Shown here: positions 7,802 to 17,114 of the stretch, in pieces
Layout: each line of letters opens with the position of its first letter
Position numbering within the stretch: the first letter of the stretch is position 1
From: Minisyncoccota bacterium
GTDB taxonomy: Bacteria; Patescibacteriota; Minisyncoccia; Phycocordibacterales; UBA9973
Assembly: GCA_035994985.1 (NCBI GenBank)
Contig: DASYKZ010000008.1
Span: 3,643-67,642, forward strand
Direction of reading: 5' to 3'
Length of the DNA stretch: 64,000 bases
The notes under the pieces: generated by a model
What the model saw: only the letters and a program-made list of their open reading frames with translations
The model's database searches: none
What the model was told of the DNA's origin: nothing
Translations under genes and position numbers: made by a program

Positions 7802-10800
7802 ATGGAAGACAAGGAAAAAAATAAAAAAAGTGATGCAGCTCTTCGTGAAGAGCAGGTTTTGGAATTTTGGAAAGAAAAAGATATTTTTCAAAAGTCTTTA
7901 AACAAAAATTCGCCTAAGGGAGAATTTGTTTTTTACGATGGTCCGCCGACGGCTAATGGAATGCCGGGCATACACCATCTGATTCCGCAGTCTTTCAAAG
8001 ATGCTATTCCGCGATACAAAACAATGCAGGGCTTTCATGTGCGCCGAAAGGGAGGGTGGGATACACACGGTCTTCCCGTAGAGCTTTTAGTTGAAAAAGA
8101 GCTTGGACTCAAATCTAAAAAAGAAATTGAAAGCTATGGTATTGCGGAGTTTAACCAAAAGTGCAAAGAGAGCGTCTGGAAATATGTCGATGCGTGGTAT
8201 AAATATCGCGACCGTGTAGGCTATTGGGTAGACAAAGATAATCCATACGTAACATATCACAATATGTATATAGAGTCTGTCTGGAATGTTGTCAAAAAAA
8301 TACAGGAGAAAAATTTATTGTACAAAGATTATAAAGTGGTGCCGTGGTGCCCGCGCTGCGGAACGGCGCTGTCCAGCCACGAGCTCGCGCAAGGCTACGA
8401 AGAAGTGAAAGATTTGTCGGTATATGCGAAATTCAAAATTGTAGCAAAAGAGAATACAGGTCCAGATGCGTATTTCTTAGCCTGGACTACGACTCCATGG
8501 ACATTGCCCGGAAACGTCGCCCTTGCAGTGGGGAGCGATATTGATTACGTGGAAGTCAAAACAGGGTCGAGCGAAATTCTTGTCCTTGCTAAATCCCGCC
8601 TTTCCATCTTGGATTCTGTTACTGATTCCTATGAAATCATCGCCGAGCACAAGGGCGCAGAAATGGCGGGCATGCAGTACGAACCGCTGTTTCCATATTT
8701 GAAAGAACATATTGAAAAGAAAGGCGAACCAACGGATAAAATGTTTAAGGTGTATATCGCGGACTTTGTAAATACCGAGGACGGCACCGGCATCGTGCAT
8801 ACGGCAGTAATGTACGGACAGGATGATTTTGTACTGGGGACACAGGTTGGCTTGCCGAAGCATCACCTTGTAAATCCTGAAGGGAATTTCATAAAAGGCA
8901 CAGGCTTTTTGGAAGGCAGGTTTGTCAAAGAAACAGACCGCAGCATAGATGGCAAGACGGGCAAGCCGACTTTGGCTGTGGACATCATTGAAGACTTGAA
9001 GAAGAGAAATTTATTTTTCAAGCAGGAAAATTATAAGCACTCATATCCGCACTGCTGGCGCTGCAAGACCGCGCTCATATACTATGCTCGCGACTCCTGG
9101 TATATCCGGATGTCTGAGCCTGGGATAAAAGCAGAGATGATTGCCCAGAACAAGCAAATAAATTGGGAGCCGGGCTACATACGGGACGGGCGCTTTGGCG
9201 AATGGCTGCGCGAAATAAAAGACTGGGCGATATCCAGGGAGAGATATTGGGGAACTCCTTTGCCGGTGTGGCAATGCACCGCTTGCAACAAGGTGGACGT
9301 GATTGGCAGCATGGAAGACCTGAAAAAGAAAACAAAAAAATCCGGCAATAAATATTTTGTCATGCGGCATGGGCAGTCAGAGAGCAATGTAAAAGAGGGC
9401 GCGCATGGCGTAGTGTCTTCCCGCGCTGAAAATGTGGACCATCTGACCGCAGCCGGGGTTGAGCAAGTAAAAGAAACGGCAAAGAAACTAAAAGAGAAAA
9501 ATATTAATTTTGACCTCGTATTTGTGTCGCCATTTATGCGTACCTGGGAAACGCTTGATATTTTAAAAGAAAATCTGGGATTCAAAGATGAGCAAATAAT
9601 ACTTGATAAAAGGTTGGGAGAGCTGGATGCCGGAGATTTTGAAGGCAAGCCGTGGGATGAATATAGGAGAATGTTTAAGAATGAAAGAGAAAGATTTTTA
9701 AACCCGATTCATGGCGGCGAATCAATCCTCGACGTGAAGAGGAGGATGGGGGACGTGTTTTATGAACTGGAAGAAAAATACAAGGATAAGACTATATTGG
9801 TAATTTCCCACGGAGCGCCGCTTTGGATGCTGTATGCTCTCTTGAAGGGATACAATGTAGACGAATCTATAGATATGACGGGCGGAGTATTCAGGCACAG
9901 GGAGCAAATTGAACAAGGGACATCTCCTCTTTTTTGCCTTTTTGCCAATGCGGAATATAGGGCAGTGGACTTTGTATATATCCCGCATAATAAAGATTAT
10001 GAGCTCGACTTGCACCGGCCGTTTATAGATGAAGTTAAGCTCGCATGCGCCCATTCGACGGACTCAGGGCAAGCTTGCGGCGGGGATTTAATGCGAACAC
10101 CCGAAGTCATGGATGTGTGGTTTGATTCCGGAGCCATGCCGTTTGCGCAGGACCACTATCCTTTTGATGTATTAGAGCCCCTGTACCCGGCGGATTTTAT
10201 TTCTGAAGCGATAGACCAGACTCGCGGATGGTTTTATACTTTGCACGCTGTCGGCGTACTGATGGGGCGGGGCAAAGCGTATAAAAATGTAATTTGCCTC
10301 GGCCACCTGATGGACGCTACGGGCAAGAAAATGTCGAAATCTCTTGGCAATATTATTGAGCCTTTTGAAATGATAGAAAAATACGGAGTCGACACGCTTC
10401 GCTTGTGGATGTATTCGGTAAACCAGCCGGGCGAACCGAAAAATTTTGACGAAAAGACTGTGGCTTTAATTCAAAGCCAAGTTTTCGGATTGTTGTATAA
10501 TGTACTCGCTTTTTATGAACTCTATAGGGACAAAAATTTGGAGAAAGGAGAGCAACCCAACTTTAGACCACAGTCGAAAAATATTCTCGACCAATGGATA
10601 CTCGCCCGGCTGGATGAGCTGACAGAATCTATGACGAAGAGTATGGATAGCTACAAGCTCCTTGAGCCGGTGCGGGCTGTGAGAGATTTTATCGGAGACC
10701 TCTCTACGTGGTATCTCCGCCGTTCTCGAGACAGAATAAAGGATGGAGACGCAGAAGCGAAGCAAACGCTGTATTTTGTATTAAAAACTCTGGCGAAACT

Positions 10801-11437
10801 TATGGCTCCCTTTGCGCCATTTACCGCTGACGATATTTGGCTGAAGTTAAAAAACGAAAATGACGCCGAGAGCGCGCATTTGGCGCCATGGCCGGTGAAA
10901 AAAGCAAGAAGAATGTTTTCTTTCCGCATGTTCAACAGCACGCCGGAAGTCTTGGAAAAAATGGAAGCAGTACGCACTATAGTAACCCTCGGGCTTGAGG
11001 CCCGGCAGAGTGCGGGAATAAAGGTCCGCCAGCCCTTGAATAATCTATGGGTGATAGCTGAAAGCCTGCCAAGCCGATATATAGAAATAATAAAGAGCGA
11101 ATTGAACATCAAAAATGTTATCTTTTTATTGAAAATAAAAGCGGGTATCACAAAGGTGACGCTCGACAAAACTATCACTCCCGACCTGAAGCAGGAAGGG
11201 GGCTATCGCGAGCTTGTGCGCGGGCTGCAGGACATGAGGAAAAAGCTGGGGCTTACCCCGAGCGATATGGTGGCCATAGCATTTGAGACCGGCGACATGG
11301 GCAAAAAATTGATAGAAAAGTTTGAATCTGATATGAAAAAAACCGTAATGGTTTCTAAAATTGATTTTAAGGATAATGATGGAACAGAAATAAAAGTAGA
11401 CGACTTGGTGTTTAAGGTTAAAATTGGTAAAATCTAA
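7802..11437 (+). CDS. ileS: isoleucine--tRNA ligase with an inserted histidine-phosphatase (PGAM-like) domain
   Basis: PGIHHL (HIGH), CP1 editing domain TTPWTLPGN, Zn knuckle WCPRCG/WQCTACN, KMSKS, DVWFDSG; aa ~505-735 carry RHG, SPFMRTWET, GGES, VISHGAP histidine-phosphatase motifs. Confidence 0.9.
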   Translation: MEDKEKNKKSDAALREEQVLEFWKEKDIFQKSLNKNSPKGEFVFYDGPPTANGMPGIHHLIPQSFKDAIPRYKTMQGFHVRRKGGWDTHGLPVELLVEKELGLKSKKEIESYGIAEFNQKCKESVWKYVDAWYKYRDRVGYWVDKDNPYVTYHNMYIESVWNVVKKIQEKNLLYKDYKVVPWCPRCGTALSSHELAQGYEEVKDLSVYAKFKIVAKENTGPDAYFLAWTTTPWTLPGNVALAVGSDIDYVEVKTGSSEILVLAKSRLSILDSVTDSYEIIAEHKGAEMAGMQYEPLFPYLKEHIEKKGEPTDKMFKVYIADFVNTEDGTGIVHTAVMYGQDDFVLGTQVGLPKHHLVNPEGNFIKGTGFLEGRFVKETDRSIDGKTGKPTLAVDIIEDLKKRNLFFKQENYKHSYPHCWRCKTALIYYARDSWYIRMSEPGIKAEMIAQNKQINWEPGYIRDGRFGEWLREIKDWAISRERYWGTPLPVWQCTACNKVDVIGSMEDLKKKTKKSGNKYFVMRHGQSESNVKEGAHGVVSSRAENVDHLTAAGVEQVKETAKKLKEKNINFDLVFVSPFMRTWETLDILKENLGFKDEQIILDKRLGELDAGDFEGKPWDEYRRMFKNERERFLNPIHGGESILDVKRRMGDVFYELEEKYKDKTILVISHGAPLWMLYALLKGYNVDESIDMTGGVFRHREQIEQGTSPLFCLFANAEYRAVDFVYIPHNKDYELDLHRPFIDEVKLACAHSTDSGQACGGDLMRTPEVMDVWFDSGAMPFAQDHYPFDVLEPLYPADFISEAIDQTRGWFYTLHAVGVLMGRGKAYKNVICLGHLMDATGKKMSKSLGNIIEPFEMIEKYGVDTLRLWMYSVNQPGEPKNFDEKTVALIQSQVFGLLYNVLAFYELYRDKNLEKGEQPNFRPQSKNILDQWILARLDELTESMTKSMDSYKLLEPVRAVRDFIGDLSTWYLRRSRDRIKDGDAEAKQTLYFVLKTLAKLMAPFAPFTADDIWLKLKNENDAESAHLAPWPVKKARRMFSFRMFNSTPEVLEKMEAVRTIVTLGLEARQSAGIKVRQPLNNLWVIAESLPSRYIEIIKSELNIKNVIFLLKIKAGITKVTLDKTITPDLKQEGGYRELVRGLQDMRKKLGLTPSDMVAIAFETGDMGKKLIEKFESDMKKTVMVSKIDFKDNDGTEIKVDDLVFKVKIGKI

Positions 11438-11439
11438 AT

Positions 11440-12021
11440 GTGCATCACATTTATCACACAGAAGGAATAATATTGGGGAGCAAGAATTTCAGGGAATCAG
11501 ACAAATATTATTATATTTTTACCCGCGACTTGGGGCTGGTGTATGCTTCGGCTTCGGGCGTGCGCAAGATGTCTTCCAAGCTTCGCTTCATACTGCAGGA
11601 TTTTTCCTATGTGAAGGTCGACCTCGTCCAAGGCAAAAATATCTTCCGGGTGACGAGCGCCTCCAAGAAAAATCTTCTGGAAAACATCATCAAGCGCCCT
11701 CTAACATTTAAAATTTTACACAATATTGCCCGCCTGCTCAGGCGTCTGCTCGCCGGCGTCGAGCCAAACGAAGCCTTATTTGTGGATTTGCTGCATAGCC
11801 TGTCTGTCTTGGAGAAGATTGATACAAAGGAGGACTTGCACAACATTGAAGCGATTATAGTTTTACGCATATTAAACAATCTGGGGTATATCGGTGACAA
11901 TGAAAATCTGAAAGAACTTGTAAAATCACCATTTGAGGAGACAATGATATTTGAAGCTTCAAAATCCAGAAGCCATATCTTGAATCAAATCAACAAAGCA
12001 TTGAAAGAGACCCATCTTTAG
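11440..12021 (+). CDS. recO: DNA repair protein RecO
   Basis: N-terminal OB-fold pattern EGIILGSKNFRESDKYYYIFTRDLGLVYASASGVRK typical of RecO. Confidence 0.7.
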   Translation: MHHIYHTEGIILGSKNFRESDKYYYIFTRDLGLVYASASGVRKMSSKLRFILQDFSYVKVDLVQGKNIFRVTSASKKNLLENIIKRPLTFKILHNIARLLRRLLAGVEPNEALFVDLLHSLSVLEKIDTKEDLHNIEAIIVLRILNNLGYIGDNENLKELVKSPFEETMIFEASKSRSHILNQINKALKETHL

Positions 12022-12122
12022 AAAATTAAAAGAAGTTCTTTCTCGCGGCTCGCACTCTGTCTTGAAAATGGCTGACCGAGCTTTGGGAGCGAAAGCCGAA
12101 GAAAGAACTTCTTTTAATTTTC
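12021..12122 (+). repeat. perfect 23-bp inverted repeat enclosing a structured 56-nt core (long hairpin; terminator or small structured RNA)
   Basis: gaaaattaaaagaagttctttct ... agaaagaacttcttttaattttc are exact reverse complements; interior has further gctcg/cgagc pairing. Confidence 0.6.
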
Positions 12123-12142
12123 TCTATGTTATATATAGAGTA

Positions 12143-12210
12143 CTATATAGCAATGGCGTTCGGACATTAAACAAACGTATTTGTTTATGCTCCTCACTTA
12201 TTGCTATAAT
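12143..12210 (+). promoter_or_regulatory. conserved promoter/leader module, copy 1 (CAATGGCGYTCGGAC ... TCCTCACTTATTGnTATAAT)
   Basis: near-identical module at 37939-38014; extended -10 TGcTATAAT sits 6 nt before the ATG of 12217 (leaderless-type start). Confidence 0.5.
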
Positions 12211-12216
12211 GTTTAA

Positions 12217-14157
12217 ATGGCGTTAAACGACAGGAATAAACTAAACAGAATAGAGGAATTGAAGACCAAGCTCTTTAGTAAAAATTACCAGACAAAGATA
12301 GAACATCGGGACAGCTTTATGCGCCCAAACAGGCCGGATGTGCCCGATTCGTGGGGTGACGTTAAAAAGCCGGAGTCTGACGGCCTCGGCTATCAGGAAA
12401 AATTTTTCATGAAAACCTCCAGATTCAAGAAATTTTTCATTTTTTCGATAGTTTTTTTTGTTTTGACGCTTACCTATGGAGGCTACGTGTTCTTTTTCGC
12501 AGCCAACAGTGTTTCTAACAATAATATAGACATATCCATACTGGGAAATACATTTACTGCCGGAGGGGATGAACTGTCTCTCGTCGTCGGCATTACTAAT
12601 AGAAACAGTTCTGCACTCGACTTGGTGGACCTAGTCGTGGAGTATCCAAAAGGGGGAGATGCTGACATGTCTTCCGGCACAGAGCACTTCCGCCAATCGC
12701 TCGGGAGCATTCCCGCAGGCGGAGTACATAATGAAAATGTAAAACTGGTTCTGTTTGGCCAGCAGGGAGCCGTGCGTCCCATAAAAGTTTCTATTGAATA
12801 CAGAATCGCCGGCTCTAATGCCATTTTTGTCAAAGAAAAACCTTACCAAGTTACTATAAGCTCCACTCCGGTAAACCTTTTGATTGACGCGCCTGCCACC
12901 ATAAGCCCAAACCAAGACATTGTTCTTAATATAAAATCCACGCTGAACGCCACCCAATCCATACCAGATGTGCTCTTGAGGGTCGACTATCCGGCCGGAT
13001 TTCAGTTTGTCTCCGCTAATCCTGCGCCTTCTATGGGAAACAACGTCTGGAATATGGGAGATTTGGCGCCCGGGGTGGACCGGAATATAGCCATATCCGG
13101 CAGGATGCTGGATGTGATTGAAGGAGAAGAAAAAAACTTCCGCGTATCAAGCGGACAGCAATCCGCTACGGATAAATCTGCCATCGGAGTCGTCTTCAAT
13201 TCTCTGACCCATCTGGTGACAGTAAAGAGGCCGTTCATCGAAGCAAATCTTTCTATTAATGACGTATCTACCGGAGAGTATACTGTAAACTCTAAAACCG
13301 CCATCAGCGGAAGGATAAACTGGAGCAACAATTTAAACACCAAGATAGACGACTTGGTAATCAAAGCAAAGATTTCCGGCAATGCCTACAATACAAAGAC
13401 TGTGACAGCGGACCAGGGAACTTATGATTCGCTTCAGGGTCTGATAACGTGGGATAAATTTTCACAAAGCCAATTTACAGAAATAAATCCGGGAGATTTC
13501 GGCTCTGTAAACTTTTCTATTTCCCCGGTCGCGCTTTATTCTGTCGCGGGCGGAATTTTGGCCGACCCTTCAATCAAGATAGAAATTTCTATCTCCGGCA
13601 AGCAATTGACGGAAGGGTATCAGCCGCAGGAATTAAACAATTCTGAATCTAAAGTAATCAAGGTCATCTCCGAGGTGGGTTTTAATCCAAAAGCATCGTA
13701 TTCTGCGGGGCCTTTTACAAACACCGGCGCCATACCTCCGAAAGCTGAAAAAGAGACCACCTATACTGTCACCTGGGCTCTCTCAAACACGTCAAACAAT
13801 ATTTCCAAAGCCGAAGTACGCGCCGTTCTGCCGACATGGGTCCGTTTTATCGGCCCTATTTCCCCGGCGACTGAAAATTTAGCTTACAATTCTTCAAGCC
13901 GGGAAATGGTCTGGAACGTGGGCAGAATTCCGAAAGGCGCAGGCATCACAGGCTCAGAAAGAACAGTTTCTTTCCAAATTGGATTTGTCCCGCTTTTATC
14001 GCAAATAAATACTGTCCCTGCCATAGTGAATGAGGCAGTTTTGACCGGGCATGATGATTTTGCTAATGTAGGTGTGCGGGTCACCAGGCCGGCCTTGCTT
14101 ACAGATATAAAGGGAGATGCTTCTTTTTCGGCTACGAGCGCCGTAGTAGCGCCGTAG
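12217..14157 (+). CDS. membrane-anchored protein with large extracytoplasmic beta-rich region, unknown function
   Basis: 646 aa; single N-terminal TM helix (FFIFSIVFFVLTLTYGGYVFFFAA) then repetitive Ig-like segments. Confidence 0.5.
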   Translation: MALNDRNKLNRIEELKTKLFSKNYQTKIEHRDSFMRPNRPDVPDSWGDVKKPESDGLGYQEKFFMKTSRFKKFFIFSIVFFVLTLTYGGYVFFFAANSVSNNNIDISILGNTFTAGGDELSLVVGITNRNSSALDLVDLVVEYPKGGDADMSSGTEHFRQSLGSIPAGGVHNENVKLVLFGQQGAVRPIKVSIEYRIAGSNAIFVKEKPYQVTISSTPVNLLIDAPATISPNQDIVLNIKSTLNATQSIPDVLLRVDYPAGFQFVSANPAPSMGNNVWNMGDLAPGVDRNIAISGRMLDVIEGEEKNFRVSSGQQSATDKSAIGVVFNSLTHLVTVKRPFIEANLSINDVSTGEYTVNSKTAISGRINWSNNLNTKIDDLVIKAKISGNAYNTKTVTADQGTYDSLQGLITWDKFSQSQFTEINPGDFGSVNFSISPVALYSVAGGILADPSIKIEISISGKQLTEGYQPQELNNSESKVIKVISEVGFNPKASYSAGPFTNTGAIPPKAEKETTYTVTWALSNTSNNISKAEVRAVLPTWVRFIGPISPATENLAYNSSSREMVWNVGRIPKGAGITGSERTVSFQIGFVPLLSQINTVPAIVNEAVLTGHDDFANVGVRVTRPALLTDIKGDASFSATSAVVAP

Positions 14158-14182
14158 GCTAGAAATTTTTTAAAATAAAACT

Positions 14183-15805
14183 ATGAAAGAAGAAAAAAAC
14201 AACAAAGAGAATGATAAGAATAAGCTGATGGAAAACATAGTCTCGCTTTGCAAAAGGCGCGGATTTATTTTTCAGGGTTCGGAAATATATGGAGGGCTCT
14301 CCGGTACATACGACTGGGCGCATTTCGGGGTCGCTCTGAAAAACAATATAAAACAGAACTGGTGGAAAAAATTTGTAGATTCCAGGCGGGATATGTATGG
14401 CATTGACGCGGCTATTCTGATGAATCAAAAAGTATGGGAGGCTTCAGGCCACGTGGCAGGGTTTGCGGACCCAATGATAGAATGCAAAAGCTTGGATTGT
14501 GGTTTTCGAGAAAGATTAGATAAATTATTTGAAGCTTCTAATCTTAGTTTGCAAGATTCTTACGATTTATACATAAAAAGCAAATTCAAAGAAACTGAAA
14601 TTAAAAGTAAAAAATTTGCAGAATACTATGCAAAAATCAAAGCACCTAAAGAAAAAGATAAGATAGATAGAGCCTTAAGAGATCTTATAGAAATAGATGC
14701 TGTTTTAGATATTAAAGATGTGTTACTTGATTTAAGGGAAAATAATATTAATTGGGTGGATGAATACAAAAAAGACCCTGCAAAATATATGTTTTTTGTT
14801 GCTCATGACCTTGTTAAGGAGTACAAAATTGTTTGTCCTAAATGTAAAAAAGAAAATTTTGCAGCTCCTAAAAACTTTAATATGATGTTCGCTACTAAAG
14901 TTGGTGCGGTGGAAGACTCTTCTGCTACTTCATACCTTCGTCCTGAAACGGCGCAAGGCATATTCGTTAATTTTAAAAATACAGTTGATGCTTTTCACCC
15001 AAAGCTTCCTTTCGGCATGGCCCAAATCGGCAAGGCCTTTCGAAATGAAATTACACCTAGGGATTTTTTATTTCGCCAGCGGGAATTTGAACAGATGGAA
15101 ATAGAATATTTTATCCGCCCTGCCGACTGGGAAAAGTATTTCGAATACTGGAGGGGGGAGATGCTCGACTGGATGGAAGAGCTCGGGCTTGATATGGCAA
15201 AGGTGCATGAAATAGATGTGCCTGATGCTGACCGCGCACACTATTCTAAAAAGACTATTGATTTCGAGTTTGATTTTCCTTTCGGACAAAAAGAACTTTT
15301 CGGGCTGGCCTACAGGACAGACTTTGATTTAAAAACCCACAAGCTGGAATACATAGACGAAGAAAATAAAGAGAAAATGGTTCCGCATGTCATCGAGCCG
15401 TCCATGGGGGTGGACCGTGCTATCCTCGCCTTGCTTATCTCTGTGTATGCCGAAGATGAAAAGGATGGGGAGATGCGTTCGTACCTGAAATTCAAACCAA
15501 ATATTGCGCCTGTTATTTGTGCCGTATCGCCGCTCTTAAAAAATAAGCCAGAGCTGGTGGAATATGCGAACACACGAGTATACGCTCCGCTCAAGGCAGA
15601 GTTTGGCCGGGTGGCATGGGACGACAATGGCAACATCGGCAAACGGTACCGCCGGCAGGATGAAATCGGCACGCCATTTTGCATCGTAGTGGATTTTGAT
15701 ACGCTGACTGATGATACTGTGACTGTGCGGGACAGAGACACCGGCGAGCAGGAGAGAGTGAAAGTGGAAAATTTAGAAAGTTATATAAAAGAAAGGATAA
15801 GCTAG
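14183..15805 (+). CDS. glyQS: glycine--tRNA ligase (alpha2 type)
   Basis: FQGSEIYGGLSGTYDW, YLRPETAQGIFVNFKN, class II motifs, C-terminal anticodon-binding domain. Confidence 0.85.
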   Translation: MKEEKNNKENDKNKLMENIVSLCKRRGFIFQGSEIYGGLSGTYDWAHFGVALKNNIKQNWWKKFVDSRRDMYGIDAAILMNQKVWEASGHVAGFADPMIECKSLDCGFRERLDKLFEASNLSLQDSYDLYIKSKFKETEIKSKKFAEYYAKIKAPKEKDKIDRALRDLIEIDAVLDIKDVLLDLRENNINWVDEYKKDPAKYMFFVAHDLVKEYKIVCPKCKKENFAAPKNFNMMFATKVGAVEDSSATSYLRPETAQGIFVNFKNTVDAFHPKLPFGMAQIGKAFRNEITPRDFLFRQREFEQMEIEYFIRPADWEKYFEYWRGEMLDWMEELGLDMAKVHEIDVPDADRAHYSKKTIDFEFDFPFGQKELFGLAYRTDFDLKTHKLEYIDEENKEKMVPHVIEPSMGVDRAILALLISVYAEDEKDGEMRSYLKFKPNIAPVICAVSPLLKNKPELVEYANTRVYAPLKAEFGRVAWDDNGNIGKRYRRQDEIGTPFCIVVDFDTLTDDTVTVRDRDTGEQERVKVENLESYIKERIS

Positions 15806-17083
15806 ATGAAATTCTCAAAAAAAGTTTTAAAGAACGGCCTTCGGGTGGTGACTGTGCCGATGAAAGACAACCCGACGGTAACAGTCTTGGTCTTGGTGGA
15901 AGCCGGCAGCAAATATGAAACGAAGAAAGTAAACGGCATTTCACATTTTTTGGAGCACATGTGTTTTAAGGGCACCGCTAAAAGGCCAAAAGCAATCGAT
16001 ATTTCCAAAGAGCTGGATAGCCTGGGCAGCCAGTACAATGCGTTTACTTCTGCGGAATACACGGGGTATTATGCAAAGTCGGATGCCCGGCATTTTGCTC
16101 AGGTTTTTGATATTGTCACAGACGTATATTTGAACTCAACGTTCCCCGAAGCGGAAATGCAGAAAGAAAAAGGAGTGATTATTGAAGAAATCAATATGTA
16201 CGAAGACATGCCAAGCAGGCATGTACAGGACCTCATGATGAAGCTCTTGTATGGGGACACGCCGGCAGGCTGGAACGTAGCCGGCGAGAAAAAAAATATC
16301 TTAGGCATGAAACGCACCGATTTCGTGAAATACAAAAAAGAGCACTATGTGCCCAAAGCCACACTCATGGTAGTGGCAGGGAAAATTACTTCAAAACAGG
16401 TAATGAACGAAGTAAATAAAGTTTTTAAACATATCAAAAATGATAAAAAAGTTCCTAAAATAAGGACAAAAGAAGCGCAAGCCAAACCGAAAGCCTTGAT
16501 AAACTTTAAAAAGACCGACCAGACGCATTTTGTACTCGGTGTCCGTACCTATGATTTATTTAATAAAAACAATGCCATACTTTCCGTGCTTGGCGGAGTG
16601 CTTGGCGGCGGAATGAGCTCGAGGCTTTTCCAGAAATTGCGCGAAGAAATGGGCGTCGGCTATTATGTCCGTGCCTACAACGACACATATACTGACCACG
16701 GATTTTTCCAAATTTCGGCCGGAGTCGACAATAAAAGAATCGATGAAGTTCTCGAAGCTGTGCTCGAAGAATGCAGGATGCTGAAAAATATAAAAGTAGA
16801 CGCGGAAGAATTGAATAAAGTAAAAGAGTGCCTCATCGGCAACATGAAGCTGGGGCTCGAGTCCAGCGACGACATTGCAAACTTTTACGGCGGGCAGGAA
16901 CTCTTAAAAAGAGAAATAAAAAGCGCAGAAGAGCGGGCAAAGGAAATACGTGCTGTCACCGCGGGACAAATCCAAAAAGTTGCAAAAAATATTTTCAAAA
17001 ACAAAGGGTTGAACCTGGCTCTCATCGGGCCTTTTAAAGGTAAAGTAACAGAGGGAAAATTTTTGAAAAAACTGAAATTTTAG
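15806..17083 (+). CDS. M16 family (insulinase-like) zinc peptidase
   Basis: inverted zincin motif HFLEHMCFKGT (HxxEH). Confidence 0.75.
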   Translation: MKFSKKVLKNGLRVVTVPMKDNPTVTVLVLVEAGSKYETKKVNGISHFLEHMCFKGTAKRPKAIDISKELDSLGSQYNAFTSAEYTGYYAKSDARHFAQVFDIVTDVYLNSTFPEAEMQKEKGVIIEEINMYEDMPSRHVQDLMMKLLYGDTPAGWNVAGEKKNILGMKRTDFVKYKKEHYVPKATLMVVAGKITSKQVMNEVNKVFKHIKNDKKVPKIRTKEAQAKPKALINFKKTDQTHFVLGVRTYDLFNKNNAILSVLGGVLGGGMSSRLFQKLREEMGVGYYVRAYNDTYTDHGFFQISAGVDNKRIDEVLEAVLEECRMLKNIKVDAEELNKVKECLIGNMKLGLESSDDIANFYGGQELLKREIKSAEERAKEIRAVTAGQIQKVAKNIFKNKGLNLALIGPFKGKVTEGKFLKKLKF

Positions 17084-17114
17084 GTTTTTATTCTGATTTT
17101 ATTCCAGCCGGTTT

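Noticed and set aside
11424-11711. 95-aa ORF overlapping the ileS stop and recO start in another frame
   Set aside because: Out-of-frame overlap with two confidently identified genes.
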